Notes under the pieces: model-generated
Told to the model about the DNA's origin: nothing
What the model saw: the letters and a program-made list of their open reading frames with translations, nothing else
Database searches by the model: none
Made by a program: the position numbers and the translations under genes
Part shown: one piece after another, positions 36,598-48,580 of the stretch
Layout of the letters: every line of letters starts with the position of its first letter
How positions within the stretch are numbered: the first letter of the stretch is position 1
Source: Octopus vulgaris
Lineage: Eukaryota
DNA: 64,000 nt
NCBI GenBank assembly: GCA_951406725.2
Contig: OX597818.1
Location: forward strand, 51,150,001 to 51,214,000
Direction: 5' to 3'

Positions 36598-37235
36598 TCA
36601 TCATCATCATCATCATCATCGTTTAACGTCCGTTTTCCATGCTAGCATGGGTTGGATGGTTCAACTGGGGTCTGGGAAGCCAGAAGGCTGCACCAGGCTC
36701 CAGTCTGATCTGGCAATGTTTCTACAGCTGGATGCCCTTCCTAACGCCAACCACTCTGTGAGTGTAGTGGGTGCTTTTCACGTGCCACCTGTACAGGTGC
36801 CAGACGAGGCTGGCAAACGGCCACGATCGGATGGTGCTTTTACGTGCCACAAGAGAGACACAGACAGGCAGAAACAAGGAAAATGCCCCTTGTATTTGAA
36901 TTCTATGCAAATAGTCTTTTAAAAACATTTTAAATGCAAATAACAAGAGCATGGTCCATGTTAAGACACATCCTGATTCGTGGGTGACAGAGGGCTCTTT
37001 TGTTCTTTAATGTCCTCTCTTTTACCTCAGCATAAAGGGACGTAACTCGCACAGTCCCGTAAGGTAATTTTGTGCTTGCCACTCATATATATCAGCGAAT
37101 TTGTTGCCGATAAATACACACACACACGCACACACAGACTCCTGCATGCGTATGATAGGATTCCGTACGTTTCCTGTTTTCTAAATTTCACTCACAGCGT
37201 ATTAATCAACTTGAATCTTTGTTGAAAGGCTAGCT

Positions 37236-37928
37236 CAGTGGTTCTCAACCGGGGTTCGTATGAACCCTTGTGGTCCACATATAAGATTTTGGAAAGTTTA
37301 CGCAAGGAAAATAGTAAAGTGGGTCCGCAATAGTATTTTATGGGTCCATAAACAAATTTTTCTTTAGAGTGACCCGCTGTTCTTGAGAAGACCTATTGAG
37401 TCAACACCAACATAAAAATAAAAATCAAATGGAAATTGTAGTTAAGGTACCCGTGCCGGTGGCACATAAAAAGCACTAACCGATCGTGGCTGTTTGCCAG
37501 CCTCCTCTGGCTCCTGTGCTAGTGGCACGTAAAAAGCACCCACTATACTCGCAGAGTGGTTGGCGTTAGGAAGGGCATCCAGCTGTAGAAACACTGCCAG
37601 ATCAGACTGGAGCTTCTCGCAGCCTCCTGACTTCCCAGACCCCAGTTGAACCGTCCAACCCATGCTAGCATGGAAAATGGATGTTAAACGATGATGAGGA
37701 TGATGATGATGCATTTATTGCAAGAAACAGCAAGGTTTCTTTCTCTAACATTTTACAAAGTTGAACTTACGCAAAGAAATGTGTGATAGACAAAACAGAA
37801 ATTTTGAAAGATGTATCCATAAAAGTTTTGTTGACCCCACCATATTCGATTGGCTACGGGGGTCCACCAGAGTAAAATAGTGATCAAAGGGGTTCATGTA
37901 TGACAAGAAAACATTTTTCAAAACCACT
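37236..37928. mobile_element. hAT-like MITE interrupted by a family C insertion
   Basis: CAGTGGTTCTCAACC...TTCAAAACCACTA termini; family C body at ~37430-37712. Confidence 0.5.
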
Positions 37929-38310
37929 ACTATTTTTTTTTTAACACGATTTTTTTCATGGCTGTTGCCAGTACCGCCTGACTGGCCCTCATGCCGGTGG
38001 CACGTAAACGCACCACCACACTCTCGGAGTGGTTGGCGTTAGGAAGGGCATCCAGCTATAGCAACTCTGCCAGATCAAGATTGGAGCCTGGTGCAGCCAT
38101 CTGGTTTGTCAGTCCTCAGTCAAATTGTCCAATCCGTGCTAGCATGGAAAGAGGACATTAAACAATGATGATGATGGTGATGACTACTCTGTACCATGCA
38201 ATCGATCTGGAGCAAAATGAAATTCTTAATCCTAAGAAATGAACTTCTTAGTCATAAAACCATGCCTTTTTATAAAAACACAATTTATATATTTTTCATC
38301 AATTTTGTAG

Positions 38311-38423
38311 AATCACTCATTCTGCTGGAGCAGTTGGTGGCCTGAGAAGAGTGAAGGCAGCAATATCGGTGGCCCGTGCAGTGATGGAATATACTGACCA
38401 TACACTGCTCGTTGGAGAGGGAG
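38311..38423 (+). CDS. AGA: AGA copy 1, exon 3
   Basis: gtag|A ATC...GGA G|gtaaag; [37 protein letters not shown]; 113 nt. Confidence 0.95.
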
Positions 38424-38489
38424 GTAAAGTTATTCAATAATAGAATCAGTGTTGTTCTTTGTTTATCAGATATTTTATACATTATTTAC

Positions 38490-38635
38490 AATATTTACAT
38501 TTGACGGATATTTGTCCTCATCTTGTTTGTTGTTAACACAATGTTTTGGCTGACATACCCTCCAGCCTTCTTCAAGTGTCTTGGGGAAATTTCGAACCTG
38601 GGTTCTCATTCCTAAGGTATTTTTCGATGTTGTTG

Positions 38636-38701
<66 letters not shown>

Positions 38702-38885
38702 TCACTGCTTGGAATCGAACTCGGAATCTTGGGGCTAGTACCCCATGCTTTTAACCACTACACCATATGCCCCAGGCATATGGCCGAAACGTTGTGTTAA
38801 CAACAAATAAGATGAGGACAAATATCCATCAAATGTAAATAATGTAAATAATGTACATAATTCCTCATCTCTTAAACATAGAACT
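38490..38885. mobile_element. Penelope-like inverted remnant (same family as 8890-9045) around (ATT)n
   Basis: 38490-38550 is the reverse complement of 38783-38845. Absent from the paralogous intron at ~60360. Confidence 0.55.
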
Positions 38886-39284
38886 GCAGATATTTTATAT
38901 TAATAATATTACAATGGTTGACCTGGTTTTTGTTTCTATTATTCAGTGAATGTTAGCATTGATTTAGGAGACTTATGATTAAAGATTTTTCCAAGCACTA
39001 CAAACTTGTTTGTTTACATATCTTGAAGATTAACAACATATTTTGAAAATATATACCAAGTAAAGCATTTGCATGTTTATAGACTTATTCACACTTAATA
39101 TTCAATCAATAATTATCACAAATATAGAATACTTTGGTAGCAAAAGTGATTAGAAGAGGGAAAAAAACCATTTTTCAAACTGTTATATCTAACTATATTT
39201 TATATGTATACTTTGTCCATTACAATTAATTAAAACAATATAATTATAGTTGTTTAATTTGCTTATGTTTTGGTTTTGTTGCAG

Positions 39285-39397
39285 CCACGAAATTTGCTCT
39301 TCAGATGGGCTTTCAGGAATCAGACTTGCATTCAAATGATTCAATAGCAATGTGGAACAATTGGCGTTCGGGTAACTGCCAACCAAACTTCTGGAAA
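39285..39397 (+). CDS. AGA: AGA copy 1, exon 4
   Basis: gcag|CC ACG...TGG AAA|gtaagt; ATKFALQMGFQESDLHSNDSIAMWNNWRSGNCQPNFWK. Confidence 0.95.
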
Positions 39398-39625
39398 GTA
39401 AGTCTTAAATCATGTTTTACATGGCAAATAGCTTTATTCCTGAAGAAATATTCATGGCTGCTTGTTAAGTAGTTTTTTTTCTTTCCAACTACATTGTGTG
39501 GAACTGAGCCTGAAACAGGTATAGAAACCTTACCAAAGCAAAGACTGAAACCTGGCGCAGCCCTCCAGCTTGCCAGCGCCTGTCAAACTGTCCAACCCAT
39601 GCCAGCATGGAAAACAGACGTTAAT

Positions 39626-39781
39626 TGATGATGATGATGATGATGATGACGACGACGATGACGATGACGATGATGATGATGATGATGAAGAAGAAGATGA
39701 TGATGAGGATGATGGTGGTGGTGGCGGCGGCGGTGGCGGCGGCGCGGCGGCGGCGGTGGCGGCGGCGGCGGCAGTGGTGGT
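39626..39781. repeat. Compound trinucleotide tract (GAT)/(GAC)/(GAA)/(GGT)/(GGC) grown from a retroelement tail
   Basis: Follows CATGGAAAACAGACGTTAATT, the family C 3' end. Confidence 0.9.
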
Positions 39782-40704
39782 GCATGTGTAAAAACGTCTG
39801 TGCAAATTCCTTCAAAGAACTTCTACTCAGAAGCTATTGGTCAACCTGATGCTCCTCTATGCTGCATAATGCAATCAAACCTTGAACCACTCGGCTAGGA
39901 TACAAACTTCTTAAACATGTAGACTTAACTCTATCTCTACACTGGGAATCATCATCATCATCATTTCACATCTGTTTTCCATGCTGGCATGGGTTAGATG
40001 GTTTGATAGGAGCTGGCCAGCTAAAGGGCTGTTCAGGACCCATGTCTGTTTTGGCATGGTTTCTATGGTTGAATACCCTTCCTAACACCAACCACTTTAC
40101 AGAGTGTGCAGGATGCTCTTACACAGCACCAGCTGCATAAGAGTGCTTTTTACATGGGTGCTTTTTACGCGGTACCAGCACCTACAAGCCCACAAGTTTA
40201 GGGATGCTCAGCTGAATAAGGTTGCAGGGGACAAGCCTGTATGCAAGGGCGACCATGCTTTTACTTAGCTTCATATGTCTTTTCAAGTACAGCAAACTGC
40301 CAGAAGTCTCAGTCCCCTGTCATCCCTTCTGTGAGTCCCAACATCTGTAGATCCTTTCTCACTACTTTGTCCCACATCTTTCTGCTCCTATTCCTTCCAC
40401 ATGTTCCCTCTACAATTAGAGATTGGCACATTTAGATGCATTACATGGCCATACCGGCACAGTTTTCTCTCTTGCACGTTACATCAAATGTTAGTCCAGC
40501 ACCTACTTAGATGTCATTTCACATTGACTAATCTTACCCCTTAAATATCCTATAAAGACATTTAAATGCAGGCAAAGTTTAATTTGAATTCCAAGCACCC
40601 CATGAAATAAATTTAGGTGTCCCACTTGGGTACTACCACCCCAGATCGGAAGACATTTATCCATACCTATAGTTATAAATTATACCATTATATTTCTTCA
40701 ACAG

Positions 40705-40907
40705 AATGTTAAACCAGACCCTAAAAAACACTGTGGACCTTACAAACCTGCCAATCATGATGACCCGCTTTACAAATTCCATAAGCCACAAAATTCACCT
40801 GATATCTCCGAAACTAACCACGATACCATTGGTATGATTGGTGTTGATGCCAAAGGTAATGTTGCAGTAGGAACTTCAACAAATGGATTAGCCAACAAAA
40901 TGCATGG
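40705..40907 (+). CDS. AGA: AGA copy 1, exon 5 (autocleavage site HD|T, nucleophile Thr codon 40825-40827)
   Basis: acag|AAT...CAT GG|gtttg; [15 protein letters not shown]...[31 protein letters not shown]. Confidence 0.95.
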
Positions 40908-41196
40908 GTTTGTAATCTTTCTGTAATTTTTTTTTTATTTTGTTTTCTCTGAATATATTCATGTTTGATCCTTTCCTGCTGCTGTTTATCTTTGATTATT
41001 TCTTGGCTGTTTTTAGACATTGGTTCAGTTAGTGTTATCATTTTTAATGCAGTGAGTATTAAAACTTGAACTCTTCATCATCGTCATCATCATTTAAAAT
41101 CCACTTTCCATGTTGGCATGGATTGGACAATTCAATAGGAACTGGCAAACCACTAGGCTGCATCAAACTCCAATATCTACTTTGGTATTGTTTCTG

Positions 41197-41429
41197 AAGG
41201 CGGCAAGCTGGCAGAAACGTTAGCGCACCGGGTGAAATGCTTAGTGGTATTTCGTCCGCCGCTGCGTTCTGAGTTCAAATTCCGCCGAGGTCAACTTTGC
41301 CTTTCATCCCTTCGAGGTCTATTAAATAAGTACCAGTTACACATTGGGGTCGATATAATCGACTTAATCCCTTTGTCTGTCGTTGTTTGTCCCCTCTGTG
41401 TTAAGCCCCTTGTGGGTAGTAAAGAAATA
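41197..41429 (+). mobile_element. SINE family B with 13-bp TSD GGTATTGTTTCTG
   Basis: Consensus match and TSD. Confidence 0.85.
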
Positions 41430-41722
41430 GGTATTGTTTCTGTGGCCAGATGCCCTTCCTTACACCAACCCCTTTACAGAGTGTTCTGAGTGATTTTAGC
41501 ATGGTTCCAGCATCAGTGAGATCACTAAGTAACTTGCCAGACAAGATCCCCCGCAACTGAGGGTGGAGTAGTTTTGAGGGAGGTGGCTTTATGCCAAGTA
41601 ATGAGAGACTTAAGTATGGTGGACATCTTGCTGAAGAGAGTAGAAAGAAGAATGCAATACTTACCAATGCTTAATAAAATTTCAATTATTTTTGATGAAT
41701 GGTACTTTATCAACAAAGTATA

Positions 41723-41957
41723 TATTTCTTTACTACCCACAAGGGGCTAAACACAGAGGGGACAAACAAGGAGAGACAAAAGGATTAAGTCGATTATATT
41801 GACCCCAGTGCGTAGTAACTGGTACTTAATTTATCGACCCCGAAAGGATGAAAGGCAAAGTCAACCTCAGCAGAATTTGAACTCAGAACGTAACGGCAGA
41901 CGAAATACGGCTACGCATTTCGCCTGGCGTGCTAATGTTTCTGCCAGCTTGCTGCCT
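41723..41957 (-). mobile_element. SINE family B with TSD TTATCAACAAAGTATA
   Basis: Consensus match and TSD. Confidence 0.85.
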
Positions 41958-41989
41958 TTATTATCAACAAAGTATAACCTTCACTATGC

Positions 41990-42403
41990 TTTACTCTTTT
42001 TTAGTCTTTTACTGGTTTCAGTCATTTGACTGCGGCCATGCTGGAGCACCGCCTTTAATCGAGCAAACTCGACCCCGGGACTTATTCTTTTTTTTGTAAG
42101 CCCAGTACTTATTCTATCGGTCTCTTTTGCCGAACCGCTAAGTAACGGGGACATAAACACACCAGCATCGGTTGTTAAGCAATGCTAGGGGGACAAACAC
42201 AGACACACACACACACACACGCATATATATATACATATATACGACGGGCTTCTCTCAGTTTCCGTCTACCAAATCCACTCACAAGGCTTTGGTCGGCCCG
42301 AGGCTATAGCAGAAGACACTTGCCCAAGGTGCCACGCAGTGGGACTGAACCCAGAACCATGTGGTTGGTAAACAAGCTACTTACCACACAGCCACTCCCG
42401 CGC
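41990..42403 (-). mobile_element. SINE family A, full length
   Basis: Reverse complement of the 2689-3092 element. Confidence 0.85.
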
Positions 42404-42700
42404 CTATCTTGCCAAGATAAATGTATACTTTTCACTATAAATGTACAAGCAGGTACGGTGCTTGGTAGACAGAAATAAAATGGTTTAGAGAATAAATAAC
42501 TCACATATTCCATCCACATGCAAAATGTCATTTGTTTAGGATCCATCCACCAAAGTATGTCCTGCCTACACAAAAGAAAAAGGGTAATATTGCCTTATTT
42601 GGAATCATTTGTGGGTTGGCAGCAGAAAGAGAACCTGGCTTTAGAAGAATCTACTCCAACAACATTTGTTTGACTCATACAAGCATGGAAAAGATTGTTG

Positions 42701-42732
<32 letters not shown>

Positions 42733-42743
42733 GGTGGTGGTGG

Positions 42744-42774
<31 letters not shown>

Positions 42775-42871
42775 AATAATGCCTAGAAAAATTACCTTCA
42801 AACTATCTCAAGGTTTTGTCATTCGTAGTCTCAACTTTTTTTGTTTGTCATAAGAATATTATGTTGTGTCT

Positions 42872-43257
42872 AGTGGAGGCGCAATGGCCCAGTGGTTAGG
42901 GCAGCGGACTTGCGGTCATACGATCGCGGTTTCGATTCCCAGACCGGGCGTTGTGAGTGTTTATTGAGCGAAAACACCTACAAGCTCCACGACGCTCCGG
43001 CAGGGGATGGTGGTGATCCCTGCTGTACTCTTTCACCACAACTTTCTCTCACTCTTACTTCCTGTTTCTGTTGTACCTGTATTTCAAAGGGCCGGCCTTG
43101 TCACTCTCTGTGTCACGCTGAATAACCCCGAGAACTGTGTTAAGGGTACGCATGTCTGTGGAGTGCTCAGCCACTTACACGTTAATTTCACGAGCAGGCT
43201 GTTCCGTTGATTCGGATCAACAGGAACCCTCATCGTCGTAACCGACGGAGTGCTTCC
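42872..43257 (+). mobile_element. tRNA-derived SINE family D, full length
   Basis: tRNA-like A/B boxes; TSD ATGTTGTGTCT. Confidence 0.85.
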
Positions 43258-43378
43258 ATGTTGTGTCTGGAGAGATAGAAAAACGAAATTAGAATATTTT
43301 TTTTTTATCAAAAATCTCAAACAGATTTCAGTGTTCTTTATCATAACAGAATAATTCAAAGCAGATCTTCGTTTGCAG

Positions 43379-43486
43379 GAGAGTTGGTGATTCACCTATT
43401 GTTGGTGCTGGTGCTTATGTGGACAACGCAGTCGGTGGTGCTGTAGCTACAGGTAATGGAGACGTTATGATGAGATTTTTACCAAG
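43379..43486 (+). CDS. AGA: AGA copy 1, exon 6
   Basis: gcag|G AGA...CCA AG|gtcagt; [35 protein letters not shown], with substrate-binding R, D and TG intact. Confidence 0.96.
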
Positions 43487-43859
43487 GTCAGTAAAGCAAT
43501 AATATATACACTACAAATGTACACCTACTAATTAAAAGTTTCATCTTCGTTAAGTTCACCTTGAAACTGCTCAGCTCCAAGTTCAGCTTCCTAATTCCCT
43601 TATAGTTGTATGTGTGTGTCTTTGTGTCTGTGTTTCTCCCTCATCACTGCTTGACAACTGCTGTTGGTTTATTTACATCCCCATAACTTACTGGTTTGAC
43701 AAAAAGAAACTGATAGAATAAGTACCAGGCTTATCAAATTTTTTTTTAAAAAGGCACTGGGGTGGGGTCGATTCATTTGACAAAAATTTCTTCTAGGCAG
43801 TGTCTCAAATTTTTGTTTGCATACTCAATTGTATCTATCAATTTATCTTTCTGTGTATG

Positions 43860-43888
<29 letters not shown>

Positions 43889-43890
<2 letters not shown>

Positions 43891-44108
43891 GTGGTTTTCA
43901 ACCAGGGTTCCATGGAACCTTAGGGTTCTGCCAGTACAGTCCAGGGGTTCCGCAAGATGTTACAAGACTGCTAAAATCGGCAGTAATTTGTAAGTCTTCT
44001 GTGCAGATTTGTGTGCATAAGACTATTAAATTATTGCACAGGGGTTCCTCAAGCCAGTGGAATGTTTCCTTGGGGTTCCGCTCCAGCAAAAAGTTTGAAA
44101 AGCACTGA
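43889..44108. mobile_element. hAT-like MITE
   Basis: TAGTGGTTTTCAACC...GTTTGAAAAGCACTG termini within (TA)n. Confidence 0.6.
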
Positions 44109-44116
44109 TATATATA

Positions 44117-44159
<43 letters not shown>

Positions 44160-44186
44160 TATGCATATTTATATGTATTATATAAT

Positions 44187-45813
44187 GTATTATATAAAAG
44201 TCAATGTTCTTATGTGTGTTTGCTCGTTACTTATAGAGTCAAAAACTACTGCACTGATCCTAAATTATTCAAAAATAGAATTCTCGAAAAAAATAGATTC
44301 CAAAATTGAAAAATGCAATAAATTCCAAAATTTTAGAAAATCAGTGGGAACTTAGTTGCCATCCCAATATTTTTGCTGTTCATGAAATTTTAACCATAAA
44401 TATTAGACACAAATGAAGTAATATTTCTTAACCCTTTCATTACTGTATTTATTTTGAGATGTTCTGTGTTTCTTTCAATTATTTTAAATATAACAAAGAA
44501 TTTAGTAAAATAACTTAGTTATCATTAAGTTAGTATTAGGAATATAAATTGCGACTAAGGTTTGGTGGTATATTTTGATGCAAAACTTATGAAAACAAGA
44601 CATTTGTACTACAGAGCCAGAGCCGGGTTGGTAATGAAAGGGTTAAATTTCAACTTCTTAGGAGTTAGTAAGACCCTTAATGGGGTCTTACTAACCCCTA
44701 CAATTTAGTCATTTTTCCTAAGCCAGGATGAATACAATTGTACTCTTGGCAGCTGTGGAGTCACCTGAGCATACAAGGTGAACGTTATTTGTAATTCAAT
44801 GGTACAACAGTGTAAGAGTTTGCTTTCAGATATACTTTAGATTGTGATTTCTGCAATGTGGTGCATAAATTGTCAAGTAAAGGAGAGGCATCTTTGCCTC
44901 CACTGATTCAGTTGCAAAGTGTTATTTTGAGTGAAGTTATTTGGTTGCAGATCTCCTTTGAGTCTTTTTTATTATCACTGGATCAGAGATAGTCCCAGAT
45001 GGTAACATTGATTTCAAGGCTTTCCCAGATAAGTGACTGGTCATTCAAAGAGATTTATAGATTGCAAATTTATTCTGTCCAGTTACTTATCAGCATAGTG
45101 ATCATTGACAAACTCCAGATGTGACACTTTCATTTCATCTTACCCCTCATGTCACACAGTTGTTAAAGTTTATTTCACTTGGGTCACACCCTTCCAATTG
45201 CTATAGATCTGTAATGCATCTTACAGCTGTGCCCATCACCTGTATGGTGAGGAATCCTACATTGGGGAGTGGTAACAACTAGGGTAGGGTAGCTGACTGC
45301 TTATTGTGATCATTCGCCTCTTGATTTCCTGTAGTTTTGCTCCCTTTTACAAACCCAGTGAACATTCATATATTTCAGATTTCAAAGAAATTTGAACAGA
45401 TATAAGACCCAAATTAAAAAAACTTCCCAACAATTCAACTTCTCTGGTTGGCTTTAAGAAACCCACTCACCCCCACCCCACCCCACCCCCCACACACACA
45501 CGATAGGGGCCTTAATTCCCACATTTTAGACCTCTGTCTGCTCCATTTTTCAGGAGCAAAATCCTTTCAATAGTTTTCATAAGATTTGGATTTTGAAATC
45601 TGGGCATAAAGATGAGTCGTATGGGATAAATATGTCATGGTTATAAATTTTGTTAGGGTATGTAAAGAGGGTAAGAACCCTCATTAAAATTCTTAATCTG
45701 CAATTTTGATGAAATTCGAATTAAAGGTATTCCAGTTCATTAGAGAAAATATAAAAGAAAAGTCTAATTATTCAATTCCATGTGACACGGGCAAAGCCAG
45801 GTATCTCTGCTAG
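44187..45813 (+). mobile_element. Non-autonomous Helitron-like element with a nested piggyBac MITE
   Basis: 5' TATATAAAAG..TGTGTGTTTG..AAAACTACTGCACTGATC; 3' GGGCAAAGCC hairpin plus CTGCTAG|T. Confidence 0.55.
44432..44642. mobile_element. piggyBac-like MITE
   Basis: TTAA|CCCTTTCATTAC...GTAATGAAAGGG|TTAA: perfect 12-bp TIR and TTAA TSD. Confidence 0.85.
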
Positions 45814-45858
<45 letters not shown>

Positions 45859-45952
45859 CTAACTAATGTAGGATAAAATTTCTTTCGGGAAAAATATTTT
45901 ATCAATGGCCAGCATATCAAAAAATACCTTTAAAGGTTAAATTTATAAATAA

Positions 45953-46271
45953 TTTACAAGATAAGGACAAAAGAAAAATTCTAATGCCAAATATGCCGAA
46001 AAAAAGACAATTGTCAATAAACCATTATAATTTATGCGTCTCGAAACAAACCGATCGAAATCTCTAAAAAATTTGTTATTACCGTATTGGTCCAATTTCG
46101 GGGTTAATTCGTAAGAAATTTTCCCCTCTTCAGCGGCAAATACGCGAGATATAAGTAAAATACTTACTCATACCCATGGAAACACATAAATTATAATGGT
46201 TTATTGACAATTATTGTCTTTTTTTCGGCATATTTGGCATTAGAATTTTTCTTTTGCCCTTATCTTGTAAA
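45953..46271. mobile_element. Penelope-like remnant with ~80-bp inverted arms and a degenerate hammerhead (minus, ~46083-46144)
   Basis: 45953-46033 is the reverse complement of 46188-46271. Minus strand CTGAAGA-GGGG...CCCC-GAAA. Confidence 0.5.
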
Positions 46272-46713
46272 TATATATATATATACACACACAATGGGCT
46301 TCTTTCAGCCTCCATCTACCAAATCCACTCACAAGGCTTTGGTTGGCTAGTGGTCAACTATGGTGATGGCTTGACACATGTGGTCAGACAGGAGATCTAG
46401 GAAGAAGGGGAGATAATAAAGTAGTGGAGATCCCAAAACAATGGGGCTTCTTTCAGCTTCCATCTACCAAATCCACTCACAAGGCTTTGGTTGGTCTGAA
46501 GCTGAAGTAAAAGACACTTGCCCAAGGTGTCACGCAGTGGTACTGAACTCAGAACCATGTGGTTGGGAAGCAAGCATCTTACCACACAGCCACACCTGTG
46601 CCAATTAATAGGGGGAAAAAAGAAACAAGTTTATCTGACAGCTCAATGTATTTCAACATAACCATTTTTTTCTTAATGCACCCAATGATCCTTTTTCCAT
46701 TGTGTTCTTTCAG

Positions 46714-46847
46714 CTTCCATGTTGTTCTCTTGATGCAAGAGGGTTTAAGTCCAACAGAAGCAACGAGAAAAGCTTTGCTTCCCATAATCAAGAAATACCC
46801 AAATTTTCATGGAGCACTTATAGCTGCTACCATCACTGGTGAATATG
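46714..46847 (+). CDS. AGA: AGA copy 1, exon 7
   Basis: ttcag|C TTC...TAT G|gtaggt; SFHVVLLMQEGLSPTEATRKALLPIIKKYPNFHGALIAATITGEY. Confidence 0.93.
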
Positions 46848-47377
46848 GTAGGTATTTAGGACATATTTCATCTCAGTTACGTTTGTATGAATAAACAAGT
46901 GTGTCTGAAGCATGTTTACTTCATGGCACCACCATAATCGTTCGGGCATTTCTACTGCTTTTAGTTTGTTTTTTTTTCCTGTTTTCCAGCTACTATATTT
47001 GGAAAGACTTTTTTGCCCCACCCCACCCCACTACCCCTACCTATCCAATTTCTTCATTTTTCATGGAAACTCAAAGAAGCCCGTCGTATGTGTGTGTGTA
47101 TTTGTGTGTCTGTGTTTGTCCCTCTAGCATTGCTTGACAACCGATGCTGGTGTGTTTATGTCCCTGTCACTTAGCGGTTCGGCTAAAGAGACTGATAGAA
47201 TAAGTACTGGGTTTACAAAGAATATGTCCCAGGGTCGATTTGCTCGACTAAAGGCGGTGCCCCAGCATGGCCACAGTCAAATGACTGAAACAAGTAAAAG
47301 AGTAAAGAGCGTAAGTATTAAATCATTGCCAGAAAGTCCTCAAAACATTGTTTGCTTTTCTTGTTTCCTCCCTCCAG

Positions 47378-47487
47378 GGGCAGCCTGTCATAACTTTGGT
47401 GGATCGGTTGACTACGCAGTTACAAATCCTTCATTGGAAAACTCAACTGTTTTCAAATTAATGTGTTCTAAACATTTCCAATTTTGA
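47378..47487 (+). CDS. AGA: AGA copy 1, exon 8 (terminal)
   Basis: ctccag|GG GCA GCC TGT...TGA; GAACHNFGGSVDYAVTNPSLENSTVFKLMCSKHFQF*. Confidence 0.9.
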
Positions 47488-47646
47488 CCAAACTCAACAT
47501 TTACCAATACGCATTTACCAACATGAGATGTTCCGAAAGAAAATTCCGCAATGGCAACAGTAAAGATGAGAAATTCAACTAACCACACATTTTAATCATG
47601 AGGAAAGAAGCAGAAGGATGGTGCTAATATCTTATAAAACAAGTGA

Positions 47647-47652
47647 AATAAA
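47647..47652 (+). promoter_or_regulatory. AGA copy 1 polyadenylation signal
   Basis: AATAAA 160 nt after the stop, followed by a U/GU-rich tract. Confidence 0.6.
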
Positions 47653-47995
47653 TGTATTATTCTTTTATTATTTCTGTGTGTTTTTTCAATGTTGGCCATT
47701 GATTTATTGAAGCTGGCTGTCATCTTGCTTATCACTTCTGTGAACAACTGTTAAACATTTACCATAAATACCAAATACTTCCCCAGCCTGCTGCTTGCCA
47801 TTTATTACATTTCACTATGGCCCTTCTTTCAGTTTGCATATTCACCTTACACAATGGTTTGTTCTACATTCACAAGTCCAGAGGAAAGCATTCTTAGGAA
47901 CTTCATCCCCAACAAGCATGAATGAATGCCTCTCATTCACTAGGTTGACTTCCCTTTCTTTAACATATTCACAGTTTGGGAACCCCTATTATATG

Positions 47996-48213
47996 ATGAA
48001 AGGGGTGCTGAAAAATTCCTAGGTTTAAGGGTATCACAAAAGGCCTGGTTGGAGGCCCAACTTTTTGAGTTCTTTTACAGGGCTTAGAAAAACTAATGGA
48101 CCACTACAACAGGTGTGAATCCAAAAGGGGAATATGTTGAATAAAATCATAATTAACTGATTTTCCTGTATTTTCTTTTACCCAAAGTCAGGAATTGCTC
48201 AGCATCACCTTGT
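47996..48213. mobile_element. Tc1/mariner-like MITE (related to 57366-57748)
   Basis: AGGGGTGCTGAAAAATTCCT...AGGAATTGCTCAGCATCACCT inverted termini. Confidence 0.5.
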
Positions 48214-48216
48214 GCA

Positions 48217-48580
48217 TCATCATCATCGTTTAACGTCCGTTTTCCATGCTAGCATTGGTTGGGCAGTTTGACCAGGATCTGGGAAGCCAGGTGGCTGCAC
48301 AAGGCTCCAGTCTGATCTGGCAGTGTTTCTACAGCTGGATGCCCTTCCTAACGCCAACCACTCCAAGAGTGTAGTGGGTGCTTTTTACGTGCCACTGGCA
48401 CAGGTGCCAGGGGAGGCTGGTAACGGCCACAATTGTTTGGTGCTTTTTACGTACCACTGGCATAGAAGCCAGTCAAGGCAGCACTGGCATCAGCCACGTT
48501 CGGATGGTGCTTTTTATGTGCCACCGGCACAGGTATCATAACTACAATTTCCATTTGATTTTTATTTTGATGTTGATGTA
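48217..48580 (-). mobile_element. Family C retroelement copy
   Basis: Shared body and (CAT)n. Confidence 0.75.

Noticed and set aside
42872-42950. tRNA gene
   Set aside because: It is the tRNA-like head of a SINE that continues into a repeat body with TSDs; the same applies at 27434 and 21171.
44700-45330. Possible degraded PIF1/Helitron helicase fragment on the minus strand
   Set aside because: Only faint motif echoes with many stops; cannot be supported without a translated search.
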